Shown in pieces: positions 37,920 to 46,566 of a DNA stretch of 64,000 bases; position 1 is the first letter of the stretch, and each line of letters begins with the position of its first letter. Source of the DNA: Gemmatimonadota bacterium. GTDB lineage: Bacteria > Gemmatimonadota > Gemmatimonadetes > Gemmatimonadales > GWC2-71-9. The DNA is taken from NCBI GenBank assembly GCA_041487875.1, contig JBGPOE010000008.1, positions 8,449-72,448 on the forward strand, read 5' to 3'. The notes beneath the pieces are model-generated. The model was not told where the DNA came from and did not search any database. It saw only the letters and a list, made by a program, of their open reading frames with translations. The position numbers were made by a program, and so were the translations under genes.

Positions 37920-38971
37920 CCGGTCGCCTCCAGCGCCAGCTCGAGCGAGCGCCCGGTCAACCGGCGCCACGCCAGGCGCACGACCTCCTGGATCAGCTCG
38001 TCGTATCCGAAGCCTGCGACGCGGGCGGCCTTGGGGAAGCAGGAGTTCATCCGCGGGTCGGGGATGATGCCCGGCAGCGGGTTGAGCTCGACCACGTTGG
38101 GCACGCCGAAGCGGTCCAGCCGCACGTCGATCCGGCACCAGTCGCGGCAGCCGATCGCGTGGTACGCGTCGAGCGCCGTCTGCTCGATCAGCCGGTACAA
38201 CGACGGCTCGACTTGGGCCGGGCACTGGAAGATCTCGATCGGGTGCTCGGCCGTGTCCCAGATCCACTTCGCTTCGTAGCCGTACACCGGCACGGTGCCC
38301 GCGGGGAGCGTGGAGAAATCGAACCCCACCACCGGCAGGCAGCGCGCTGTGGCGCCGTTGCCGAGGATCGCGACCGTGAACTCGGCGCCCGGCAGATAGG
38401 TCTCGACCAGCACGGGCTGGGCGTAACTCTCTAAGAGGAAGAGCACGCGCTCCCGCAGCCGCGCGGGGGAGTCGCATAAGTTGTTGACGAATATGCCCTT
38501 ACCAGACCCCTCGAAGGCCGGCTTCACGAACAGCGGGAACGGCAGGGTGATGCGCTCGAGATCCGCGGGGCGCTCGACCAACGCGAACGGTGCGGTGGGC
38601 ACGCCGCGCTGCGCGAGAATCTCTTTGGTGCGCCCCTTGTGCAGCGCCAGCGCCAGGGCGAGCGGGTCGCTGCCCGTGTAGGGAATGCTCAGGAACTCGC
38701 AGATCGCGGGGACGTGGGCTTCGCGGTTCGGGCCGTGCAGCCCTTCGGCCATGTTGAAGACGAGGTCGGGGCGGGCGAGGGCGAGTTTTTGGGGAAACAG
38801 GAAGTCGGCTTCGAGTCGGACGACGCGTCCGAAGAGACCGAGGGCTTGCTCCACCGCGGTGATGGTGGATGGCTCGTCCCATTCGGCGTACGCGTCGCTG
38901 CTACTGGGTGGCTCGTCGGACGCGACGGCTCGGGGATCGGGTTTTTCGTTGTACGCGAGACCGATGCGCAT
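37916..38971 (-). CDS. D-Ala-D-Ala ligase-like ATP-grasp protein (1)
   Basis: AEWD, VFNMAEG, FVKPAFEGSGKGI, RIDVR, ELNPLPG; AGGAGG RBS. Confidence 0.9.
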   Translation of the reverse strand: MRIGLAYNEKPDPRAVASDEPPSSSDAYAEWDEPSTITAVEQALGLFGRVVRLEADFLFPQKLALARPDLVFNMAEGLHGPNREAHVPAICEFLSIPYTGSDPLALALALHKGRTKEILAQRGVPTAPFALVERPADLERITLPFPLFVKPAFEGSGKGIFVNNLCDSPARLRERVLFLLESYAQPVLVETYLPGAEFTVAILGNGATARCLPVVGFDFSTLPAGTVPVYGYEAKWIWDTAEHPIEIFQCPAQVEPSLYRLIEQTALDAYHAIGCRDWCRIDVRLDRFGVPNVVELNPLPGIIPDPRMNSCFPKAARVAGFGYDELIQEVVRLAWRRLTGRSLELALEATG

Positions 38972-38993
38972 GTGGTCTCGGGTAACCTCCTAC

Positions 38994-39077
38994 AAAAAAG
39001 GCCGCTCCATCGGGCGGTCCGAGCAGCAACAATGCGTTGTCGAGTAACAGAATATGGGAATCGGGGAGAATGCGCAA
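38994..39077 (-). promoter_or_regulatory. Putative promoter plus leader intrinsic terminator of the ATP-grasp/KamA operon
   Basis: Minus strand: TTGCGC-17-TATTCT, then GGACCGCCCGATGGAGCGGCC-TTTTTT directly before the RBS. Confidence 0.55.
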
Positions 39078-39140
39078 TAGGGAAAAGCGTTTTCAGTTTT
39101 CCGTCGTCCGTTGTCCGTCGTCGATGGCGAACGCTTCCGT

Positions 39141-39893
39141 CTACACTTTGTGGTAAATCACCCGCGCGGATTCCTGTCGGTCGTCGGCGACGTAGATCGC
39201 GAAGTCGGAGAAGAGCGCCTGCGCTTCTTGTTGCAGAACCCGCAGCACGGCGATCGCGAGACGGCGGATCTCGAGCTCCGCGCCTTCCGACGTGCGCAGC
39301 TCGAGCATGGTGCGCCACGCGCGCGCGTTGCCCGAGACGACGATCTTCACTTCGGTGGCGTTCGGCAACACGCTGCGCGCCGCTTCGCGCGCCATCTTGC
39401 GGCGGTGGATCTTGTCCGCCACCCACTCGTACTTCTTCATCAGGTCTTCGACCGCGTGCACGTAAGCCGCCTGCGCGTTGGTCATCTGCTGCTGCCATCC
39501 GGTTTCGAGCGTCGCGTCGCCCACCATCGCCGGCGGCATCACGAACGCCGCGTGCGATTCGTCCACGTAGCGCTGTGACAGCTGCGAGTAGCCGAAACCG
39601 GCCCGGTGGCGCACCAGCTCGTGCGAGCACGAGCGCGAGATGCCCTCGATCAACAGCACGTACACCGCGTGCTCCAGCACCGAGCCGTGGCCCTGCTTCT
39701 TGATGTTCTCCAGGTACTCCGCCGTCGTGCGGTTGACCGGGTTGTGCTGGCTCATGTAGCAGATGCGCCCGGCGTACTCGGCCAGCCGCTCGCCGTCGGT
39801 GGCGTCGCCGCGCCAGGTGACCGCGAGGTGGGCGGGCTCCAGGAACTGGGGCCGGGCGATGAGCGTGACGCGGGGCGCGCGGAAGATTTCCAT
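39141..39893 (-). CDS. thyX: FAD-dependent thymidylate synthase
   Basis: GHGSVLEH, ELVRHR..GYSQLSQRY, REAARSVLPN. Confidence 0.95.
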   Translation of the reverse strand: MEIFRAPRVTLIARPQFLEPAHLAVTWRGDATDGERLAEYAGRICYMSQHNPVNRTTAEYLENIKKQGHGSVLEHAVYVLLIEGISRSCSHELVRHRAGFGYSQLSQRYVDESHAAFVMPPAMVGDATLETGWQQQMTNAQAAYVHAVEDLMKKYEWVADKIHRRKMAREAARSVLPNATEVKIVVSGNARAWRTMLELRTSEGAELEIRRLAIAVLRVLQQEAQALFSDFAIYVADDRQESARVIYHKV

Positions 39894-41461
39894 TACCGGG
39901 CGAGCTCGGGTTTCGGGATGGCCCAGCCGCCGGAACGCTCCACGTCCCGCAGCCGGGCGGCGATGTCGTCGGGAATCGTGGCGGCGGCGGCGCCCACCTT
40001 GAGATCGGTGAGCGGCTGCCAGTCGGCCGCGGGAAGTATAACACCGGGATTCAGGATCGAGCGCGGGTCGTAGCGGTGCTTCAGGTCGCGGAACAGGGCG
40101 ATCAGATCGGGTCCGAAGAACCGCTCCAACACACCCGCGCGCAGACGCCCGTCGCCATGCTCCCCCGAGGGCGTGCCGCCCAGGCGCACCAGCAGGGTGG
40201 TGACGTCGTCGTACAGTCCGCGCAGCGCCTCCGTCCACCGCGGCGCGGTGGTGTCGGGCAGGGCGTTGACGTGCACGTGACCGTCGCCGGCGTGTCCGAA
40301 GATCGCCACCGCGATGCGGTGCCGCGCCGCCGCCTCCCGCAACCCGGCGACGTAGTCGCCGAGCCGCTCCAGCGGTACACAGCCGTCTTCCACGACCTGG
40401 AGGGAGCGTTGCGTGGACGGCAGGCGGGCGAGGGCGGGCGAAGCGAGCCGGCGGACCGCCCACAGGCGCTCCAGTCCGGTGCGGTCCACCGCGGTTTCGA
40501 CGTGCGCCGTGAGGTGACGCAGGCCGCGCACGGCGTCGCCCACCGCCCCCCGCGCGGCCGGGGCCGTTTCCCGCTCGAATTCCACCAGCAGGAGGCAGGC
40601 GAGACCGGGCGGGACCGCCCCGCCCGCGTCCTCTAGAAAGGAAAGGAGCGTGTGGTCGAGCAGCTCCACCGCCGCTGGATTGAGGGCGACGAGGTAGGGC
40701 ACCGCCTCGCCCAGCGCCGCGAGGTCGCGGAAGCCCAGCGCCACGCCCGCCCGGTCGGGCGGGATGGGGTCGAGCCGCCACTCCACGGCGGTGACGCAGG
40801 CGAGCGTGCCCTCAGAGCCGATCAGCAAGTCGAGCTCGTCGCCTGAGCGGGCGTACTCGTCGAGCGCGTAGCCGCTCGAGTTCTTGCGGGTCTTGGGGAA
40901 TCCGGCCTCGACCATGCGCCGCTCGTCGGGGGAAAGAGTGACCCTGTCCCCTGTCCCCTGTCCCCGTTGCACACGCCGCACTTCTCCGTCCGCGCTGACA
41001 ATCTCGACCGCCTCCACCCACCGCCGTACACTGCCGTAGCGCACCGAACGCGGGCCCGCGGCATTGGTCATGACCATGCCGCCGCTCGTGGCGAAGCCGC
41101 CGGAGGACGGATCGGGCGGTAGCCGCAGACCGAAGGAGCGTGCCGCCTCGGTTACTTGTGCCCAGGTGGCCGAGGCGCCGGCGTGCGCCACGCGCTGCAC
41201 GGGGTCGACGCTCACGCCGCCGAATCCCGCGGAGAAATCCACGATCACGCCCCGGCCGAGGTTGCCGCCCGGCATGCCGCTCCCCGACCCTCGTGGCACG
41301 AGCGGCGTGCCCGTGTCCGCGGCCCAACGGAGCAATGCCTCGACCTCGGCGGTGTCGCGCGGCAGCACCACCGCCTGCGGCACGACGCGGTAGACGCCCG
41401 CGCCTTCGGCGTAGGCGGCGCGGAGACGAGGGTCGGTGAGAAGGTGAGGTGTCGGTGGCAC
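39893..41461 (-). CDS. FAD-binding oxidoreductase (GlcD/D-lactate dehydrogenase family)
   Basis: PRGSGSGMPGG, PPDPSS, IGSEGTL, FGHAGDGHVH, SGEHGDG, ILNPG; start approximate. Confidence 0.9.
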   Translation of the reverse strand: MPPTPHLLTDPRLRAAYAEGAGVYRVVPQAVVLPRDTAEVEALLRWAADTGTPLVPRGSGSGMPGGNLGRGVIVDFSAGFGGVSVDPVQRVAHAGASATWAQVTEAARSFGLRLPPDPSSGGFATSGGMVMTNAAGPRSVRYGSVRRWVEAVEIVSADGEVRRVQRGQGTGDRVTLSPDERRMVEAGFPKTRKNSSGYALDEYARSGDELDLLIGSEGTLACVTAVEWRLDPIPPDRAGVALGFRDLAALGEAVPYLVALNPAAVELLDHTLLSFLEDAGGAVPPGLACLLLVEFERETAPAARGAVGDAVRGLRHLTAHVETAVDRTGLERLWAVRRLASPALARLPSTQRSLQVVEDGCVPLERLGDYVAGLREAAARHRIAVAIFGHAGDGHVHVNALPDTTAPRWTEALRGLYDDVTTLLVRLGGTPSGEHGDGRLRAGVLERFFGPDLIALFRDLKHRYDPRSILNPGVILPAADWQPLTDLKVGAAAATIPDDIAARLRDVERSGGWAIPKPELAR

Positions 41462-41549
41462 AGGGGGTGCGTGGTGAGTAGTGAGTGGTGCGTGGGCTGA
41501 AGTTACCACGCTTGACAGCCCTCGGCGCCCGCGTGAAGCTTCCGCCAGC

Positions 41550-42356
41550 ATGGCAACCGCCGCTTCTCCCCAGCGCCCGCAGCTCATCCACATCGAGACC
41601 GACCGCCGCCTCGGCCACGAATGGGACGAGTGGGACGGCAAGCCGCTCCCCAACCAGGGCGACTATTCCGCCCGGCCTGTGCTGTTTTTCGGCGCCGCCC
41701 TCCTGACCGTGCTCGGGGGCGCCGCCGTGGTGGCGGCCGCGCTGTTCCTCTTCTGGCCGCGGCTCGCGGCCCTGTGGGCACCGCTGCCCGTCGCACTCGC
41801 GGCCCTGGCCGGCGGGGCGGGGGCGCTCGTGCTGCTGTGGTACGTCCTGCTGGTCGCCTCCTTCTACAGCCGCGTGAATCTCCTGCCCGAGCGGCTGCTC
41901 GAGCGCGGTCCCTTCCTGCGTCTGATGAGCTGGACGTCGCTTCTGGCCCGCGCGGCCGGGCGGCGCGATTGGGTGGAGCATGCCGCGATCGACGTCTACA
42001 ACACGCTGGCGATCCGGCGGGGCCGCAGAGTGGGCAAGGGGGAGCTGCTGGTGCTGATCCCGCGCTGTCTCTCGAAAGCGGCGCTGGACGGCGTCCTGGG
42101 CATCGCGGGGCGCTACGACGTGCCGGTGTTCGTCGCCACGCGCGGCCAGCTGGCGCGGCGGGTGATCCGCGAGCGGCGCCCGCGGGCGGTGGTGGCGGTG
42201 GCGTGCGAGCGCGACATGATGACCGGTCTGCGCGACGTGGCGGGCAAGCTGCCGGTGCTTGGCCTGACGATGCGCCTGCCCCAGGGGCCGTGCCGTGACG
42301 CCGAGCTCGACCTCGCGATGATGGACCGCTGGGTGAAGGGTCTGGTCGGCGCCTAA
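41550..42356 (+). CDS. DUF116-domain membrane protein
   Basis: LVLIPRCL, FVATRGQLARR, AVACERD, PC; TTGACA at 41512. Confidence 0.8.
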   Translation: MATAASPQRPQLIHIETDRRLGHEWDEWDGKPLPNQGDYSARPVLFFGAALLTVLGGAAVVAAALFLFWPRLAALWAPLPVALAALAGGAGALVLLWYVLLVASFYSRVNLLPERLLERGPFLRLMSWTSLLARAAGRRDWVEHAAIDVYNTLAIRRGRRVGKGELLVLIPRCLSKAALDGVLGIAGRYDVPVFVATRGQLARRVIRERRPRAVVAVACERDMMTGLRDVAGKLPVLGLTMRLPQGPCRDAELDLAMMDRWVKGLVGA

Positions 42357-42360
42357 GCCG

Positions 42361-42846
42361 TCAGTTCCCGCGCTCGATCCCGAGCGCGGTCTCTTCGATC
42401 TTCGTCAGAATCTTTTTCGTATACGTGGCGCCGGGATGATCGGGCGGCACGAGATGCTCGCGCCGCCGGCTGCCCTCGATGCCGACGTTGTAGGGCTGAT
42501 ACACCGTGGACACGAGCAGGATGGACCCGCGGCCCAGCGTGTCGGGGCGGACCTGGAACATCATCCGGATGGAGCGCTCGACCACGGGGTAGTTCTGCGC
42601 CTCCGGCTGGAAGGTCGTGACGTCGAAGTATTCAGTTTCGACGCGGCCGGCGTCCTCGTCGGCGATGCGCAGTCCCACTCCCTGGTTCGACAGCACGGTG
42701 AGCGTGGCGCGGATGGTGACGTGCACCGACGCGCTCACGATCTTGCGGACGGTCACGGCTCCCGTCGCGGGCGTGGCGTTGGTGGTGGGGGTCTGACACG
42801 CCGCCAGGACGCCCAGCGCCGCCACGAGCATCCAGCGAAGGCGCAT
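42361..42846 (-). CDS. Hypothetical lipoprotein
   Basis: Lipobox VLAAC; resembles the adjacent upstream lipoprotein. Confidence 0.7.
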   Translation of the reverse strand: MRLRWMLVAALGVLAACQTPTTNATPATGAVTVRKIVSASVHVTIRATLTVLSNQGVGLRIADEDAGRVETEYFDVTTFQPEAQNYPVVERSIRMMFQVRPDTLGRGSILLVSTVYQPYNVGIEGSRRREHLVPPDHPGATYTKKILTKIEETALGIERGN

Positions 42847-43376
42847 CAGTGGCTGCCGTACTTCTGCTTGAGCGCGTCGAGCAGGCGCTGAGCGATCTTG
42901 TGGCCGTCGTGTGCTTCGGGCACCGCCAGTTCCAGGTCGCGCTCCGTGCGCGACGGGTCGTAGCGCGGTCGGTAGACGGGCTCGACCGTCAGGCGCGTGT
43001 GCCCGGGAATGTCTGGGTCGGCCCAGCAGCGCAGCTTCACGGTCGCGGCGAGATCCGGTACGTCCCCCGCTCCGGTGTGCGCCGCCTTGGTGCGGGTGTC
43101 GTACCACGCGGTCTCGACGTAGCCGTCCTGGGGGCTGGTGTGTGCGACCGTGAGGCCCTCGCCCGCGAGCCACGTGGCCGCCGCGGCGGCGATGCGCGCC
43201 GGCGGGGCGTCGAACGTCGCCACGAGCGCCTCGGGCAGCGGCTGGAACGCGGGGCGGGTGGTGACGGGAGAGCAGGCCGCTAGAACCGCAGCGGGGAACG
43301 CGAAACGCGGAACGCGGAACAGAGCGATCGGCCTCTCGTTCCGCGTTCCGCGTTCCCAGTTCCGCGTTGCCGTCAT
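42846..43376 (-). CDS. Hypothetical lipoprotein
   Basis: Lipobox VLAAC; N-terminus carries an inverted heptamer array. Confidence 0.7.
   Translation of the reverse strand: MTATRNWERGTRNERPIALFRVPRFAFPAAVLAACSPVTTRPAFQPLPEALVATFDAPPARIAAAAATWLAGEGLTVAHTSPQDGYVETAWYDTRTKAAHTGAGDVPDLAATVKLRCWADPDIPGHTRLTVEPVYRPRYDPSRTERDLELAVPEAHDGHKIAQRLLDALKQKYGSH
43295..43368. repeat. Inverted heptamer tandem repeat (GGAACGC)n/(GTTCCGC)n
   Basis: About four units per arm around a short AGAG..CTCT core. Confidence 0.85.
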
Positions 43377-43966
43377 TAGGGCGTATGCGCCGGCGTTCCG
43401 GGGGCGTGGACGTGCCCCGTGTCGGCGTGTGCGGTGTCGGCGGGGACGGCCTCATCTTCGTCCGCGCCGCCGCCGTGATGGTGCAGGCCCTTGGCGCGGT
43501 CCTGCATCTCGATTTGCATCGTGGCCGCGGGGATACCGGCCCCGTGCTCGAACATCATCTGGCCGCCGATCTTCCCGGTCCACAGCACCAGCACGAAGCC
43601 CGCGACGCTGAGCACCCGTAGCGCCGCCTCCTCGGCGGGCTTCAAGGCGAAACGCCGCAGCAGCTTCACGACGAGGATCACCGTGAAAACCGACATCGTC
43701 ACGAGCGCCAGCGTCTCGTGCTTCTCCATCAGCTCGTGGATCGCCTCGCCGTGCTCAATCACGTCTTCGGCCAGCTCCCCCGTGATCACCGCCGCCCAAC
43801 CGCCGATCACGCCCGCCCACAGCGTCCACAGCGCGGCCCAGCCCAGCGACTCGCGCTTCAGCCACCAGCCCGCGAAGTCGAACAGCACCGCCACGACCAG
43901 CAGCGCCGCGGGCAGATCGTTCAGGGTGGCGTGCAGGCGAGGCATGTCGTAGCCGAAAATGTGCAT
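43376..43966 (-). CDS. DUF2231-like membrane protein with His-rich tail
   Basis: LHATLNDLP, TG.LA, EKHE, TGKIGGQMMFEHGAG, HHHG..HVH tail. Confidence 0.75.
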   Translation of the reverse strand: MHIFGYDMPRLHATLNDLPAALLVVAVLFDFAGWWLKRESLGWAALWTLWAGVIGGWAAVITGELAEDVIEHGEAIHELMEKHETLALVTMSVFTVILVVKLLRRFALKPAEEAALRVLSVAGFVLVLWTGKIGGQMMFEHGAGIPAATMQIEMQDRAKGLHHHGGGADEDEAVPADTAHADTGHVHAPGTPAHTP

Positions 43967-43977
43967 GCAGGCTCCTC

Positions 43978-44865
43978 TCAGAGTCCCAGGTTGGCGACGC
44001 TCGGCGGATTGGTCGCGTAGTCGTAGAATCCCTTGCCGGCCTTCCTGCCGTGCATGCCGGCCAGCACCATGCGCTTGAGCAGCGGCGGTGGCGCATACTT
44101 CTGTTCCCTGTACTCCGCGAACATGATCTCGGCGATCTTGTAGGTCGTGTCGAGTCCCACGAAATCGAGCAGCGTGAGCGGCCCCATCGGGTAGCCGCAG
44201 CCGAGCTGCATCGCCTTGTCGATATCGGCCGTGCTCCCGACGCCGTGCTCGAGCGCGCGAATCGCATCGAGCAGGTACGGCACGAGCAGCAGGTTGACGA
44301 TGAACCCCGAGTTGTCCTTGGCGGCCAGCGCTTCCTTGCCGAGCGACCGGGCGAATGCGAAGGCCCGATCAAACGTCTCCGCCGACGTGGTCACCGTGCG
44401 CACCACCTCGACGAGATTCATTAACGGCACGGGATTGAAGAAGTGCAGCCCCACGAAGCGGTCGGCGCGCTTGGTGGCGACGGTCATGGCGGCGATGGTG
44501 AGACTCGACGTGTTGGAGGCGAAGATGGTGCGGGCCCCGCACAGGCCGTCGAGCTCCGCCCACAAGGCGTTCTTGATCGCCAGATCCTCGGTCACGGCTT
44601 CCACCACGATATCGCAGCCCTTCAGGTCAGCCACCGCGGTCGTGAAGCGCAGCCGCTGCAGGGTGGCGTCCTTGTCCGCGGGCTTCAGCTTGCCCTTCTC
44701 GACGAACTTGGCGAGCGACTTCTCGATGCCGGCCTTGGCCTTGTCGAGGATGGCGGGGGCCACGTCTCGCACCACGGTGTCGTAGCCCGCCGCGGCGGTG
44801 ACTTGCGCGATGCCGCTGCCCATCAAACCGCTGCCGAGAACTCCAACCGTCTTGATGTCAGTCAT
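43978..44865 (-). CDS. hbd: 3-hydroxybutyryl-CoA dehydrogenase
   Basis: GSGLMGSGIAQ, EAVTE, ASNTSS, GLHFFNP, PMGPL.L.D.VGLD. Confidence 0.93.
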   Translation of the reverse strand: MTDIKTVGVLGSGLMGSGIAQVTAAAGYDTVVRDVAPAILDKAKAGIEKSLAKFVEKGKLKPADKDATLQRLRFTTAVADLKGCDIVVEAVTEDLAIKNALWAELDGLCGARTIFASNTSSLTIAAMTVATKRADRFVGLHFFNPVPLMNLVEVVRTVTTSAETFDRAFAFARSLGKEALAAKDNSGFIVNLLLVPYLLDAIRALEHGVGSTADIDKAMQLGCGYPMGPLTLLDFVGLDTTYKIAEIMFAEYREQKYAPPPLLKRMVLAGMHGRKAGKGFYDYATNPPSVANLGL

Positions 44866-44894
44866 GAAATGGTCCGTTATCCGTTCTCTGTCGT

Positions 44895-45722
44895 TTACAA
44901 CTCGAGGGTCTTCTTGATCTCATCCGCGATTCGCGCGAAGGGGCTCGAGCGCGGGCCGGGCAGCGTGTGCTCGGCCTTGATCTCGCCCCGCTCGAGGCGG
45001 TCGAGCACCTGCTCGAGCCCCACCTCCACCCGCGCGCTCACCCGGCGATGCGTCCGCGCCACCGCCCAACCTCCCAGGCCGCCGGCCGCCGCCGGCACCA
45101 GCGCCGCCAGTTGTGCGGCCTCCGTCGGCAGACCGATCGACAAGGCGACCAGGGTGGCGAGCGCGCCCATCGTCGCGAGCACAATCGCGCCGGCCGCCCG
45201 CTGGCGCCGCAGGTTGCGCACGTCGGCCACGAGCTGCACGTGGCAGAACCCCTTCTCGAGCGGCGTCACCTGACCCGCCACCTCGACCGCTTCCGCCAGC
45301 GCGTAGGCGCGGCCCGTCATCTTGAGCCCGCGCTGCATGGACGCGAAGAAGCCGCTCTTGGGCTCCCAGGTGACGCGGTCGGGGAACCGGCGCTTCACCT
45401 GGAGCAGCTCCTCGCCTTCCATCCAGCGTGCCAGGGCCCGCTCGATCGTCGCCGGGTCGCCCTGGACCACCCGGGAGGCGGCGACGCGCGCCGGCCCCGC
45501 GAGCGCGCCCCACAGCCCGCCGGCGGCCTCGGGCAGGGCGCGCGTCTGCTCCTCCAACATCGCCTGCCGGAGGTACTGGGCCGGAATGCCCACGTCGTCG
45601 CCGAGCCGGAGCAGCTCGGCGCGCGTGAGCCCCTCGCCGACGTCGTGCTCGCCCGCCTGCAGCTCGGCGGCCCGCTTGAGAATGCGGTCGAGCGCTTCGC
45701 GGCCGATCAGCTCACCGGCCAT
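44895..45722 (-). CDS. Hypothetical membrane protein
   Basis: RILKRAAELQ..L...ELL....DVGI N-terminal motif; two C-terminal TM helices; in operon. Confidence 0.7.
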   Translation of the reverse strand: MAGELIGREALDRILKRAAELQAGEHDVGEGLTRAELLRLGDDVGIPAQYLRQAMLEEQTRALPEAAGGLWGALAGPARVAASRVVQGDPATIERALARWMEGEELLQVKRRFPDRVTWEPKSGFFASMQRGLKMTGRAYALAEAVEVAGQVTPLEKGFCHVQLVADVRNLRRQRAAGAIVLATMGALATLVALSIGLPTEAAQLAALVPAAAGGLGGWAVARTHRRVSARVEVGLEQVLDRLERGEIKAEHTLPGPRSSPFARIADEIKKTLEL

Positions 45723-45723
45723 C

Positions 45724-46557
45724 TCACACCTGCGTCTTGGTGACGCTCCGCGGCGCGGGCACCGGTTCGCCCGACGTCTTCTCGGGCAAGGCCGGCGGAT
45801 AGCCGGTGCGGTTGCCTACCGCGTCCAGGATGCCGCGGAACAAGTCGATCGGCACGGGGAAGATGGTGGTTGAGCTCTTCTCGGAGGCGATCTCGGCCAC
45901 GGTCTGCAAGTAACGCAGCTGGATCGCGGCGGGCTCTCTGCCGATGATGTGGGCCGCCTGCGCCAGCTTCTCCGCCGCCTGCAGCTCGCCCTCGGCATTG
46001 ATGATCTTGGCGCGGCGCTCGCGCTCGGCCTCCGCCTGCCGCGCCATCGCGCGCTTCATCTCGGGCGGCAGGTCCACGTCCTTCACTTCCACTGCCGACA
46101 CCTCGATGCCCCAGCTCTCGGTGCGCTGGTCGATGATGTTCTTCAGGACCGCATTGATCTTTTCGCGGTTCATCAGCAGCTCGTCCATCTCGGTCTCGCC
46201 CAGCACGGAGCGCAGCGTGGTCTGCGCCAGCTGGCTCGTGGCGTAGAGATAGTTCTCCACGCCGATGATGGCCTTCGCCGGGTCGACCACCCGCATGTAG
46301 AGGACGGCGTTCACCTTGATCGAGATATTGTCGCGCGTGATGACGTCCTGCGGCGGGATGTCCATCGCGACCACCCGCAGCGACACCTTCTGCATCTTGG
46401 TGAGCACGGGCGGCAGCCAGATCAGGCCGGGCCCCTTGGCGCCCCAGGAGCGCCCCAGCACGAACAGCACCCCGCGCTCGTACTCCTTGAGGATGCGGAG
46501 CCCCGAGAACAGGTATAACGCGACGATCGCGAGGACGGGCAGTAAGGCGCCTTCCAT
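45724..46557 (-). CDS. SPFH/stomatin-like (slipin) protein
   Basis: [41 protein letters not shown]. Confidence 0.93.
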   Translation of the reverse strand: MEGALLPVLAIVALYLFSGLRILKEYERGVLFVLGRSWGAKGPGLIWLPPVLTKMQKVSLRVVAMDIPPQDVITRDNISIKVNAVLYMRVVDPAKAIIGVENYLYATSQLAQTTLRSVLGETEMDELLMNREKINAVLKNIIDQRTESWGIEVSAVEVKDVDLPPEMKRAMARQAEAERERRAKIINAEGELQAAEKLAQAAHIIGREPAAIQLRYLQTVAEIASEKSSTTIFPVPIDLFRGILDAVGNRTGYPPALPEKTSGEPVPAPRSVTKTQV

Positions 46558-46566
46558 TCGGTCCTC

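Noticed and set aside
36900-38971. Housekeeping ddl or van-type resistance ligases
   Set aside because: No Ddl N-terminal GGxSxE motif, no mur/fts or vanHX context, and linked to kamA/GNAT
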